DNA from: Candidatus Limnocylindrales bacterium
GTDB taxonomy: Bacteria; Chloroflexota; Dormibacteria; CF-121
Assembly (NCBI GenBank): GCA_035632635.1
Contig: DASQGL010000028.1
Location: 5,578-69,577 of the forward strand
Direction: 5' to 3'
Length of the DNA: 64,000 nucleotides
Below the pieces are notes generated by a model. The model did not search any database. It saw only the letters and a program-made list of their open reading frames with translations, and had not been told where the DNA came from. Below are positions 9,204-18,841 of the stretch, piece by piece; the stretch's first letter is position 1, and each line of letters begins with the position of its first letter. Made by a program: the position numbers and the translations under genes.

Positions 9204-9941
9204 TCAGGTGGTCAGCCGGCCGACGTACAACCGGACGACCTCCTCGTCGTTCAGCAGCTGGCGACCTTCGCCCTCGAGCCGGTTGCGTCCGAGGACCAGC
9301 ACGTAAGCCCATTGGGCGTGGCGCAGCGTTTCACGTGTGTTCTGCTCCACCACGAGGACCGCGACGTTGGCAGCCCGGATTTGCTCGATCTGTTCCCAGA
9401 TCAGTCCCTGAAAGCGCGGTGAGAGTCCCGCGCTCGGCTCATCGAGGATGAGGACCACCGGGTCGACCATCAGGCCGCGCGCCATCGCCAGCATCGTCCG
9501 CTGACCGCCGCTCAGGGTGTTCGCCCGGCGTCGCGATGCGGCCCGGAGGTCCGGAAACAGGGCGTAGAGCTCCTCGATCCGCTGCCCCACGCCGGAAGTC
9601 CGGATGTAGCCACCCATTTCCAGGTTCTCGTGGACGGTCAGCTCCGGGAAGACGTTGGCGACCTGGGGAACGTAGGCCACCCCCCGCCGCACCACCTTGA
9701 CAGCGGGGAGGCCCGTGACATCCTTGCCGTCCACGATCACGGTCCCGGCTGTCGGCCGGATCAGTCCAGCGATGGTCTTCAGCAGGGTCGACTTGCCGGC
9801 GCCGTTCGGCCCGACGACAGCGGTGATCGCGCCACGCCGCGCGCGAATGCTGATCCCTTCGATGATCGGGGCCCCTCCGTACCCCGCCCGGAGGCCCTCG
9901 ACCACCAGGGCCGCCCCATTCGACTCAGGCGCCGGCGTCAT
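9204..9941 (-). CDS. livF: Branched-chain amino acid ABC transporter ATP-binding protein (LivF-type)
   Basis: Walker A GPNGAGKST, signature LSGGQ, Walker B ILDEP. The start is trimmed to MTPAPES. Confidence 0.8.
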   Translation of the reverse strand: MTPAPESNGAALVVEGLRAGYGGAPIIEGISIRARRGAITAVVGPNGAGKSTLLKTIAGLIRPTAGTVIVDGKDVTGLPAVKVVRRGVAYVPQVANVFPELTVHENLEMGGYIRTSGVGQRIEELYALFPDLRAASRRRANTLSGGQRTMLAMARGLMVDPVVLILDEPSAGLSPRFQGLIWEQIEQIRAANVAVLVVEQNTRETLRHAQWAYVLVLGRNRLEGEGRQLLNDEEVVRLYVGRLTT

Positions 9942-10733
9942 CAAAACTCGGCTCCCCCAGGTAGGCATCGATGACGCTGCGGTTGGAACGCAGGGTGTCG
10001 AACGGGCCTTCGGCGATCACCCGGCCCTCCGCCATCACGACCACATGATCCGTGACGCGTTCGATGAAGGCCAGATTGTGCTCGACGACCATGACCGTGG
10101 TGCCGGCCTCGATGAAGGACGAAATCGCGGTAGCCATCCGTTCACCCAGCACCGGGTTGACGCCGCCCATCGGCTCGTCGAGGATGACGAGCGCCGGCTG
10201 GATCATTCGAATCCGAGCGAACTCGAGCAGGCGTTTCTGCCCTCCGCTCAGGTTGCCGGCTCGTTCATTGCGGAGGTGTGCCAGGCCGAATTCCACGAGA
10301 ATGGCGCGGGCCCGGTCGAGCTCGTGGATCGAGACCTGGCGCTGAGCCCGCGTGAGCCCGGCGATCGCACGCCAGAACGCCTCCCGCTCCCGGTCCCAGC
10401 GAGCCAGGGCGACATTTTCCAGCAGCGAGAGACCGGCCCACTCCCGGGGCGTCTGGAAGGTGCGGATCAATCCCAGCCGCGCGATGCGGTGCGGGGGGAG
10501 CCCCTGGATCTCGTCGGCGCCGAAGACGACCCGGCCCCGATCCGGCAGCTTGAAACCCGAGATGAGGTCGATGGCCGTGCTCTTGCCGGCGCCGTTCGGC
10601 CCGATCAGTCCGGTCACCCGGCCCTTCGGAGCCCTGAACGAGCAGCCGTCGACGGCCTTGACCCCACCGAAGTGCTTGGCCAGCCCCTCGACCGAGAGCG
10701 CGGAGGGCCCCTCCGCGGCCGCGGTGCTCACGT
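9925..10733 (-). CDS. livG: Branched-chain amino acid ABC transporter ATP-binding protein (LivG-type)
   Basis: GPNGAGKST, LSGGQKRLLEFAR and ILDEPMGGVNP motifs. The GTG start overlaps the livM stop. The longer ORF 9925..11778 is an artefactual extension in the same strand. Confidence 0.8.
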
Positions 10734-11678
10734 GGGGAGCTCCGTCCGGTCGATCAAGCGCCGCTCGGGCAGCAACCCCTGCGGGCGAAAGCGCAAGAAG
10801 AGGACGAGGATCAGGCCGATCAGGATCTCCCGCATCGCGGGCACGTAACCGGGATGATTGGGGACCTCGGGCAGGAATCGCGTCGACTCGAAGATCACCA
10901 CGATCATGAGGAAGATGCCCAGTGCGACGCCGCGGATGTTGCCCCGACCGCCGACCAGGACGGCCGAGTAGAGCACGATGGTCTCGATGGGCGACCACGC
11001 CGACGGATTGAATGCTCCGAGGTAGGCGGCGAACAGCGCTCCCGCGAACCCTGCCACCGCCGCCCCGAATACGTACGCCTTGAGCTTCATGCGGTAGATG
11101 TCCCGGCCGAAGGCGGCGGCGGCTCGCTCGTCTTCCCGCAGCGACCGGAGAGCAAGCCCGAAGCGGCTGCTCGAGACCCGCGACATCAGGGCGTAGACGG
11201 CCAAAAAGAGCACCAGGCAGAGCCCGAGCAGGAAGTATTGATAGGTCTGGTAGTCGAGGTTGAGGACATCGCCCATCGGGTCGGTCAGGCCGGCGAGCCC
11301 ATTGAAACCGTCGAAGAGCGGCACATACTGTCCGGCCATGACGTAGAGCACGTAGACCGCGCCGAGCGTCACGATCGAGAAGTAGATCCCGCGCAGATGC
11401 CGCAGCGCGATCAGGCCGACCACCAGGCCGAGCAACGCGGCCGCGATCACGGCGCCGACGACGGCCAGCGGATACGGCAGCTGCAACCCGATGATGTACT
11501 CGGCCGGAGGAATCGGCTTCCCGATGGTGAGCACGAGGGTCATGTAGGCGCCGAAGGCGACGTAGCCGTAGTAGGCGAGATCGAAATCGCCCGACCAGCC
11601 CCAGATGACGTTCAGTCCGAGCGCCATGATCCCGAAAATGGCGCCTTCGGTGAGCACCGAGGTCAGGTACTGAATCAT
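10728..11678 (-). CDS. livM: Branched-chain amino acid ABC transporter permease (LivM-type)
   Basis: Polytopic membrane protein with the LivM-like N-terminus MIQYLTSVLTEGAIFGIMALGLNVIWGW. Confidence 0.8.
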   Translation of the reverse strand: MIQYLTSVLTEGAIFGIMALGLNVIWGWSGDFDLAYYGYVAFGAYMTLVLTIGKPIPPAEYIIGLQLPYPLAVVGAVIAAALLGLVVGLIALRHLRGIYFSIVTLGAVYVLYVMAGQYVPLFDGFNGLAGLTDPMGDVLNLDYQTYQYFLLGLCLVLFLAVYALMSRVSSSRFGLALRSLREDERAAAAFGRDIYRMKLKAYVFGAAVAGFAGALFAAYLGAFNPSAWSPIETIVLYSAVLVGGRGNIRGVALGIFLMIVVIFESTRFLPEVPNHPGYVPAMREILIGLILVLFLRFRPQGLLPERRLIDRTELPT

Positions 11679-12556
11679 TCGAATACGGTCCGCCGGGCGT
11701 TGACGAACAGCCCGCGCGGGCGAAACAGGATGACGACGGCGAGGATGGCAAAGGCAAAGGCAAGCTCATAGCTGGCACTGATGTAGCCGCCCGTGAATTC
11801 GAGCACGATCCCCACGATCACGGCGCCGACCATCGTGCTGAAGGCACGCCCGAGCCCGCCCGCGACCGCCGCGGTCAGCGTGATCAGGAAGAAGCTGAAG
11901 CCGAAATAGGGGTTGAAGGTGCCCACGGACTCCGCCAGGACGAACCCCGCGTACCCGGCCACCAGCCCGGCCAGAAACCAGGTCGCCGCCGCGACCGCGC
12001 GGGTGTTGATGCCGGTGACCGCGGCCAGGTCCCGGTTTTGCGAGACGGCGCGGAGCGCCTTGCCGAATTTCGTGTGCGAGATGATCAGATAGAGGACCGC
12101 GGTGATCGCCAGCGCCGAGACGATGACGGTCAGGCCGGTGCGGGTCCACAGGAAGGGCCCGATCTGCTGGGGCGCCCCTTGGGGAATCGTATAGGCGACG
12201 TTCGCCGCCCCGAAGACGATCACGAGCGTGTTCTGAATCACGAACGACATGCCGAGCGTCGCGATGAACACGGTCAGGGTGGCGGTGCCGCGGCGCACGA
12301 AGCGGTCGACGACCAGCCAGTGCATGCCGAGCGCGATGAGGCCCCCCGCCAGGGCCGCGGCGAGCGCGCCCACCAGGGCACTTCCGGTCAGCCGGTGGAC
12401 GACAAAGGCGGCATAGGCGCCGCCGGTGAGGATCTCCCCGTGCGACAGATTGGCGACATTCGTGACGCCGTACTCCAGCGTGAAGGCGACTGCCGAAAGC
12501 GCCAGGATGGAGGCGGTCACCAGCCCGAAGCCAAGCGTCAGAAGGACTTCATGCAT
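11675..12556 (-). CDS. livH: Branched-chain amino acid ABC transporter permease (LivH-type)
   Basis: Polytopic membrane protein with N-terminus MHEVLLTLGFGLVTASILALSAVAFTLEYGVTNVANLSHGE, typical of LivH; 4-nt overlap with livM. Confidence 0.8.
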   Translation of the reverse strand: MHEVLLTLGFGLVTASILALSAVAFTLEYGVTNVANLSHGEILTGGAYAAFVVHRLTGSALVGALAAALAGGLIALGMHWLVVDRFVRRGTATLTVFIATLGMSFVIQNTLVIVFGAANVAYTIPQGAPQQIGPFLWTRTGLTVIVSALAITAVLYLIISHTKFGKALRAVSQNRDLAAVTGINTRAVAAATWFLAGLVAGYAGFVLAESVGTFNPYFGFSFFLITLTAAVAGGLGRAFSTMVGAVIVGIVLEFTGGYISASYELAFAFAILAVVILFRPRGLFVNARRTVFE

Positions 12557-12637
12557 GGTTGCTCCTTTCGCGGCCCCGCCGCGCCCGGCCGGCTGGCCAG
12601 AGCACTCTAGCAGCCGGTCGGGGCGGGCGAGTGAGCG

Positions 12638-13930
12638 TTACGGAGTTGCCGCCGCGAGTTCAGGCGCGGTCAGCACCTGCACCTGCTGTTCCTGGCCGCT
12701 CGACGCGTCGACCTGGAAGGCGCCGTAGGGGCCGAAGACGTTGTTGTACTGGTTGTAGTTGAGGTCGCCGCTCGCGCCGTCGTAGTTGATCTTGGTGCCC
12801 TTGTTGATCAGATCGAGGCACGTCTTGTAGGTGTAGCACTGCGTGCCGGGGGGATTCGTGACCTTCTTCATGTTGGCATTGATGTCGGCGCCGGCGATAC
12901 TCTGCGCCTGGTCGGCGGCCAGCGCCACGCTCACGACCGAGTCGTAGGCGTAGTTCGCGTTCGCCAGCGGTTGCTGCGAGCTGCCGAAGACGGCGTTGAA
13001 CTGCTTCGTGAACTCGTCCGCGGCCTGACCTGTCACCGACGTCCCGTAGACCGAGATCAGGTGATCATGGGCGACCGGATAGGTGACCGCCTTCAAGTAG
13101 TCGTCCCCGCCGGTCACGTCCGTCCCGATGAAGGGAATCGCGAGGTTGTCGAGCTCCTTGAAGTTCTGGAACAGGACGGCCGCGGTCGCCGCGTCCGTCT
13201 GGGTGAAGATCACGTCCGGCTTGGCGGCGATGATCTGCTGGACCTGCGTCCGGTAGGACGTCTGGTCGGGCGCCACGGTGATGTCGGCCACGACGTTGTC
13301 GCCCAGCTTCTTGGAGGTCGCCTTGAGGGGCGCGGCGAACGTTTGCGCCGCGATGTCCGAGTAGAAGAGCAACGCCTGGTTCTTGTAGCCCTTCTTGTGC
13401 GCGTAGAGCGCCATGGCGACGCTCAGCTGCGAGTCGGACGGGCTGTCCCGCCACAGCCACGGGTTCGTGTTGTGATCGAACAGAGTGCTTCCGCCCTGGA
13501 ACTCGTCGTGCACCTTGGCCGAAGTCAGGATGGGCGCATCCGCCGCGATCTCCTGCGTTTCCGGTCCGATGATCGCGGTCAGGTTGCTGGTGGCCAGCAG
13601 TTTGCGCAGCGCGGGAACGGAGTCCGCCTCATCGCACTGGGTGTCGGCGTGCTGCAGCTGGAGCTGCTGTCCCAGAATGCCACCCGCGTCGTTGATCGCC
13701 TTCATGGCGACCTGAGAGCCCTGCAGCATGGCCTGACCGAGACTGGCGAGGTTCCCGGTGAAGCAGGACAGCACCCCCATGGTCACCGGGCCGCTCGGCT
13801 TGGTTCCGCCGCTGCCGCTCGAGCTGGATCCGCCGCATGCCGACAACGCGAGCGCCGCTGCCACGCTCCCTGAGAGCACGCGCGCAAGCGAACCGTGACG
13901 GCTCCCCCCGCCTGACTGTGGACCGCCCAT
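12638..13930 (-). CDS. ABC transporter substrate-binding lipoprotein, type-I periplasmic binding protein (LivK/LivJ family)
   Basis: Lipoprotein signal peptide with lipobox LSAC, Gly/Ser linker, then a PBP1 domain (GPETQEIAAD, VIFTQTDAATAAV). Confidence 0.75.
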   Translation of the reverse strand: MGGPQSGGGSRHGSLARVLSGSVAAALALSACGGSSSSGSGGTKPSGPVTMGVLSCFTGNLASLGQAMLQGSQVAMKAINDAGGILGQQLQLQHADTQCDEADSVPALRKLLATSNLTAIIGPETQEIAADAPILTSAKVHDEFQGGSTLFDHNTNPWLWRDSPSDSQLSVAMALYAHKKGYKNQALLFYSDIAAQTFAAPLKATSKKLGDNVVADITVAPDQTSYRTQVQQIIAAKPDVIFTQTDAATAAVLFQNFKELDNLAIPFIGTDVTGGDDYLKAVTYPVAHDHLISVYGTSVTGQAADEFTKQFNAVFGSSQQPLANANYAYDSVVSVALAADQAQSIAGADINANMKKVTNPPGTQCYTYKTCLDLINKGTKINYDGASGDLNYNQYNNVFGPYGAFQVDASSGQEQQVQVLTAPELAAATP

Positions 13931-14063
13931 GCTTCCCTCCTGTGGTGCGATGCGTTGCGGGGCACGGTGCGCCCGGCGCCCCTGTTCGTGGCCAGATTAC
14001 GCAACGGCGCGACGACTGTCAATGGCTCGACCACTGAGCCAGTGAGCCTGTAGACTGGCGGCG

Positions 14064-14801
14064 ATGGGGACTTCGGCCTATCCCGGCCTGCGCCCGGTTG
14101 CGCGCAGCCGTCTCTACGAGGACCTGGGTGAGCGCCTGAGCCAGTTCGTCCGCGAGTCCGGGCTGGCGGTCGGCGATCGTTTCCCCCCGGAGCGCGAGCT
14201 CGCCCGGCTGCTCGCGGTGAGCCGGACGTCGATCCGCCAGGCGCTCGTCGTCCTCCAGGCCCAGGGGTTCGTCGAAATCCGCCACGGAGAGGGCATCTAT
14301 CTGCGTCGGGCCCGCGGATTCGGCGAGTCCCTGCCCAAGCTGCTCGAGCGCCGCCGGCGCTTGCCGGAGGTGCTCGAGGCACGGGAAGCGCTCGAGGTCA
14401 AGCTCGCCGAGCTGGCGGCCATTCGCCGGACCCGGGCCGACCTCGGGGCGATGCGAGCCGCGCTGCGGATGATGGAGAACGAGATCGGCGAAGGCAAGCT
14501 CGGGTTGGAGGGCGACGCCGCCTTCCATCACGCGATCGCCGTGGCCGCACGGAACACGGTCCTCGTCCGTCTCATCGACGAGATGGCAGAGGCCATCGAG
14601 GAAACCCGGATCGAATCTCTCTCGGAGCCGGGCCGGCCACCGCGATCGCTCGCCGCCCACCGCCGGATCATCGCCGGCATCGAGTCTGGCATTCCCGAAA
14701 AGGCGTCGCAGGCCATGCGCGCGCACCTGCGGGTGGTCGCCGACGTGTCCCTGCTTCGCTGGCAGCCTTCCGAGCCGGCCGATGGCGAAGCCGGCGTCTG
14801 A
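14064..14801 (+). CDS. GntR-family transcriptional regulator (FadR/FCD C-terminal domain)
   Basis: N-terminal winged-HTH (ERELARLLAVSRTSIRQALVVLQAQGFV) and a helical C-terminal domain. Divergent from livK, with a 133-bp shared promoter region. Confidence 0.75.
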   Translation: MGTSAYPGLRPVARSRLYEDLGERLSQFVRESGLAVGDRFPPERELARLLAVSRTSIRQALVVLQAQGFVEIRHGEGIYLRRARGFGESLPKLLERRRRLPEVLEAREALEVKLAELAAIRRTRADLGAMRAALRMMENEIGEGKLGLEGDAAFHHAIAVAARNTVLVRLIDEMAEAIEETRIESLSEPGRPPRSLAAHRRIIAGIESGIPEKASQAMRAHLRVVADVSLLRWQPSEPADGEAGV

Positions 14802-16452
14802 TCCGGGGCGCGAGCCGGCCACGCCGGCCGCGTGCGAGCGATGCGGATCGCCGCTGGACGGCCTTCGCACCTGCCCCGCCTGCTCGCACCATGCGGCGCT
14901 CGAGGCCTGGGAACGCATCGACCAGCTGGCCGATCCGGGCTCCTTTCGTGAAATGGATCGTCACCTGTGGTCCGGGGATCCCCTCGCCTTCTCGGACAGC
15001 GTGAGCTATGAGCGGCGGGTGGCGGCGGCCCAGGCGGCTACCCGGCTGCTCGACGCGGTGGTCACCGGACGCGCCCGGCTCGGCCGGATCGAGGTGGTCC
15101 TGATCGTGTTCGATTTCCGGTTCCTGGGCGGCAGCATGGGGAGCGTGGTGGGCGAGAAGGTGTGCCGGGCCTTCGACGTGGCGCGCCGGGAGAACCGACC
15201 GGCGGTCGTCGTCTCCGCGACTGGAGGCGCGCGGATCCAGGAGGGGATGCTGGCCCTGTTTCAGATGGCCCGCACCGCACTGGCCGCGGCTCGCCTCCGC
15301 GAACGAGGCGTCCCGCTGATCACCGTGATGGCCGATCCCACCATGGGCGGCGTGCTGGCCTCCTTCGCCAGCCTGGCCGACCTGATCGTCGCCGAACCAC
15401 ACGCCCGGATCTCCTTCGTCGGACCGCGGGTCCACGAGCGCGCCGGGGTCGCGGCGCCTCCCGGCAGCGCCGAGTTTGCCCTGGAGCACGGCCTGATCGA
15501 CGCCGTCGTCGAGCGGTCGCGCCTCCGCCCGTTGCTCACCTCGCTGGTGTCCATCCTCCACGCCTCCAGGATCCCCACGCCCAAGCCGGTGCTCAGCGCC
15601 GTGGTCGTGCCCGGCCTCGTCCGACGATCGGTGTGGGAAACGGTCGAGCTCGCTCGGCGCCCCGACCGGCCGAGCGGCCGGGCGGTGGCCCAGCGCATTC
15701 TGGGCGACGTCTTCGAGCTGCACGGCGACCGCGAAGGGCAGGACGACGACACCATCATGGCCGGCATCGGCCGGCTGCACGGACGAGCCGTCGCGTTCGT
15801 CGCGCAGGACCGCCACGGCCCAGGCGGCGGACGCACGCGCCCGAGCGGCTACCGCAAGGCCCAGCGCGCCTTCACCCTCGCCGAGCGCTTCCATCTGCCG
15901 CTGCTCACGTTCGTCGATTCGCCCGCCGCGGCCACGGATGCTGACTCGGAGGCGGCCGGCATCACGGCTGCCATCGCCGAATCCCTGGCACGCCTCGCCC
16001 GGCTGCGTACGCCGGTGATCAATGTCGTCCTGGGAGAGGGAGGCAGCGGGGGCGCGCTCGCGCTCTCGGTCGGTGATAGGTTGCTGATGCTGGAGCACGC
16101 CATCTTCTCGATCATCGGTCCCGAAGCCGCCTCCGCGATCCTGTACCACGATGGGACCCATGCGCAGGAGCTCGCGGCCCGCCTCAAGCTGACCGCCGCC
16201 GACCTGATGACGCTCCATCTCGTCGACCGGATCGTGCCCGAACGGCAGCCGGCCCACGAAGCCCCCGACCTGATCGCAACGGCGCTCGGCCAGGCTCTGG
16301 TCAAGGAGCTGAGACCCCTGATGGACACGTCCCTCAAGGATCTCCTCCATCATCGCGAGGCCCGGATCCGGCACGTGCGCGACGTACGGGGCCGGCTCAG
16401 CCTGTTCGTGCGCAAGTCGCCGGAGTCGGCCCGCGATGCGCGGGCGACATGA
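14782..16452 (+). CDS. Fused acetyl-CoA-carboxylase-type carboxyltransferase (AccD beta N-terminal, AccA alpha C-terminal)
   Basis: N-terminal Cys4 zinc ribbon CERCGSPL...CPACSHH typical of AccD, followed by two crotonase-fold carboxyltransferase halves (FLGGSMGSVVGEKV, VLGEGGSGGALAL). Confidence 0.75.
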   Translation: MAKPASDPGREPATPAACERCGSPLDGLRTCPACSHHAALEAWERIDQLADPGSFREMDRHLWSGDPLAFSDSVSYERRVAAAQAATRLLDAVVTGRARLGRIEVVLIVFDFRFLGGSMGSVVGEKVCRAFDVARRENRPAVVVSATGGARIQEGMLALFQMARTALAAARLRERGVPLITVMADPTMGGVLASFASLADLIVAEPHARISFVGPRVHERAGVAAPPGSAEFALEHGLIDAVVERSRLRPLLTSLVSILHASRIPTPKPVLSAVVVPGLVRRSVWETVELARRPDRPSGRAVAQRILGDVFELHGDREGQDDDTIMAGIGRLHGRAVAFVAQDRHGPGGGRTRPSGYRKAQRAFTLAERFHLPLLTFVDSPAAATDADSEAAGITAAIAESLARLARLRTPVINVVLGEGGSGGALALSVGDRLLMLEHAIFSIIGPEAASAILYHDGTHAQELAARLKLTAADLMTLHLVDRIVPERQPAHEAPDLIATALGQALVKELRPLMDTSLKDLLHHREARIRHVRDVRGRLSLFVRKSPESARDARAT

Positions 16453-17630
16453 CAGCCCCCTCCCTCCCGCTCAGCGGCATTCGGGTCCTCGATCTCAGCC
16501 ACGCGCTGGCCGGCCCGTACTGCAGCATGCTGCTGGGCGATCTGGGGGCCGAGGTGATCAAGGTCGAGCCACCGGGGTCAGGCGACCATGCACGGACGTG
16601 GGGGCCTCCGTTCGTCAACGGGGAATCGTCCTACTTCATGGCGGTCAACCGGAACAAGCGCAGCATCGTCCTGGACCTCAAGCGGCCGGCCCCGCTCGCG
16701 GCGGCGCGCGCGCTCGCCTTGCGCAGTGACGTCCTGCTCGAGAACTTCAAGCCGGGGACCGCCGCCCGCCTCGGGCTCGGCGCGGTCGAATTGCGCGCCA
16801 GCAAGCCGGCGTTGATCTACGCGTCGATCAGCGGGTACGGGCAGGGTGAACCCAGTCTCGCGGGGTATGACCAGATCGCCCAGGGGACGTCGGGCTTGAT
16901 GAGCATCACGGGCGAGCCGGATGGACTGCCGACCAAGGTCGGCGTGCCGGTGGGGGACATCACCGCCGGGATGTTCGCCGCCCATGCGATCCTCGCGGCG
17001 CTGGTCGAGCGCGGGCGCACCGGCCAGGGGAAGACGATCGACATCGCGCTGAACGACTCGCTGCTGGCACTGCTCACCTACCAGGCGGCCCGCTACTTCG
17101 TCAGCGGCACCGCGCCACCGCGAGAGGGCAACCATCACGGGACGATCGTCCCCTACGGGACCTTCGCGGTCCAGGATGGATTCATCAACCTGGCGGTCGG
17201 CTCGGATGCGCAGTTCCGCCGGTTTTGCGACGCTCTCGAGGCGCCCGAGCTGAAGGCCGAGCCTCGGTTTCAGAGCAATGCCGGGCGCCAGGCTGCCCGT
17301 GCCGCGCTGGAGGCCGAGCTCGAGCCCCGGCTGCGCCAGCGCACCCGCGCCCAGTGGCTCGAACGTCTCAGCCAGTACGGCATCCCCGCCGGTCCCATCC
17401 TGGACGTCGCGGAGGCGTTCGAGAGCCCGCTTGCGGCCGGCCGCCAGATGCGAGTCGAAATCGACCATCCGATGGCCGGCCCGATCAGCCAGGTGGGGAC
17501 GCCCTGGAAGCTGGACGGCGCCTCGAGCCCGGTGCGCTTGCCTCCGCCCGTCCTCGGTCAGCACACGGACGAGGTCTTGCGCGAGACGCTCGGCTATACG
17601 GAGGAGATGATTCAGGAGGTGAGAGGATGA
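16449..17630 (+). CDS. CoA-transferase family III (CaiB/BaiF) protein
   Basis: GIRVLDLSHALAGPYCSMLLGDLGAEVIKVE N-terminal signature; 4-nt overlap with the upstream gene. Confidence 0.8.
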   Translation: MTAPSLPLSGIRVLDLSHALAGPYCSMLLGDLGAEVIKVEPPGSGDHARTWGPPFVNGESSYFMAVNRNKRSIVLDLKRPAPLAAARALALRSDVLLENFKPGTAARLGLGAVELRASKPALIYASISGYGQGEPSLAGYDQIAQGTSGLMSITGEPDGLPTKVGVPVGDITAGMFAAHAILAALVERGRTGQGKTIDIALNDSLLALLTYQAARYFVSGTAPPREGNHHGTIVPYGTFAVQDGFINLAVGSDAQFRRFCDALEAPELKAEPRFQSNAGRQAARAALEAELEPRLRQRTRAQWLERLSQYGIPAGPILDVAEAFESPLAAGRQMRVEIDHPMAGPISQVGTPWKLDGASSPVRLPPPVLGQHTDEVLRETLGYTEEMIQEVRG

Positions 17631-18841
17631 CCGCAGCACCGCTTGCAGGCATCCGGGTTCTGGAGGTTGGCAATTACATGGCGGCCCCCTTCTGCGCCAT
17701 GCAGCTCGCCGATCTCGGCGCCGACGTCATCAAGGTCGAGAATCCGCAGGGGGGCGACGTGGTCCGGCAGCTCGGGCCGTTCGTCGCCGGGGAAAGCTCG
17801 GCGTTCATCCGCCTCAATCGAAACAAGCGGTCGCTCGCCCTCGACCTCAAGCACGACGAAGGCAAGGAGATCTTCCGGTCGCTTGCCGCTCGGGCGGACG
17901 TCATCGTCGAGAACCTCCGCCCCGGGAGCATGCGTGAGCTCGGCCTCGATGACGCTGCGCTGCGCCCGCGCAATCCCGGCCTCGTCTACGTCGCGGCGTC
18001 CGGCTTCGGGCAGGACGGTCCGCTCAAGGACCAGCCCGGCATGGACATCATGGCCCAGGCCCGGTCCGGCCTGATGAGCATCACCGGGATGCCCGGGGGC
18101 GATCCCGTGAAGGTGGGCGTCCCCGTCTGCGACCTGGTCTGCGCCCTCTATGGGGCGCTGGCGGCGGTGGCGGCCCTGTTCGCCCGGCGCGTCAGCGGCG
18201 AAGGGCAGTTCATCGACGTCTCCCTGCTCGAGTCCGGCGTGTCCCTCGCGGTCTGGGAGGCGGGCAGGTTCTTCGCCACCGGCCAGGTCCCTCAACCGCT
18301 CGGCTCCGCGCATCAGACGAACGCGCCCTACCAGGCGATCCGATCGCAGGACGGCTGGCTGACGATCGGGGCCGCCACGCAGAAGACCTGGATCGCGTTC
18401 TGCCGTGCACTCGGGCTCACGGCCCTGCTCGAGGACCCGCGATATGCGGACATGAATCAGCGCCATGAGCACCGCGAGAGTCTGATCACGGCCATCGAGC
18501 GCGTGACCGCCACGCGGCCGACCAACGCCTGGCTCGAGATCCTCGAACGTGCCGGGGTGCCATGCGCGCCCATCCTGGACTACGGCCAGGTCTTCCATGA
18601 CCCACATCTGTTGGCCCGTGGCTATTTCTGGGACGCTCCCCACCCCGCGGCGGGGGCGGTTCGCCAGCTGGGGTCGCCGATGCGGCTGTCCTCCACGCCG
18701 GTTACGCGGGGCGCCGCCGGGCCGCTACTCGGCGAGCATTCACGGTCGATCCTTGAAGAGCTCGGGTACGGGCAGGAGGAGATCGCGGGGTTCCTCTCAA
18801 GGGGCGTGGTCGGCGAGCCCGCCCAGGCGGTGTCCCGATGA
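17627..18841 (+). CDS. CoA-transferase family III (CaiB/BaiF) protein, second paralogue
   Basis: GIRVLEVGNYMAAPFCAMQLADLGADVIKVE. The true start is the internal ATG at 17627 (ATGA overlap with the previous stop), not the ORF-track start at 17225. Confidence 0.8.
   Translation: MTAAPLAGIRVLEVGNYMAAPFCAMQLADLGADVIKVENPQGGDVVRQLGPFVAGESSAFIRLNRNKRSLALDLKHDEGKEIFRSLAARADVIVENLRPGSMRELGLDDAALRPRNPGLVYVAASGFGQDGPLKDQPGMDIMAQARSGLMSITGMPGGDPVKVGVPVCDLVCALYGALAAVAALFARRVSGEGQFIDVSLLESGVSLAVWEAGRFFATGQVPQPLGSAHQTNAPYQAIRSQDGWLTIGAATQKTWIAFCRALGLTALLEDPRYADMNQRHEHRESLITAIERVTATRPTNAWLEILERAGVPCAPILDYGQVFHDPHLLARGYFWDAPHPAAGAVRQLGSPMRLSSTPVTRGAAGPLLGEHSRSILEELGYGQEEIAGFLSRGVVGEPAQAVSR

Noticed and set aside
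9925-11778. 617-aa ORF apparently fusing an N-terminal extension to LivG
   Set aside because: Only the C-terminal about 270 aa (from the GTG near 10733) is the ABC ATPase. The upstream portion overlaps livM in another frame and has junk composition.
13931-14063. Possible GntR operator (CCAGT...ACTGG inverted repeat) in the livK/GntR divergent region
   Set aside because: Only 5-bp arms with a 10-bp spacer and no AT-rich core; indistinguishable from chance in a 70% GC background.
14668-16374. 568-aa minus-strand ORF
   Set aside because: Antisense to the fused AccD-AccA carboxyltransferase gene; low-complexity Arg/Gly-rich translation.
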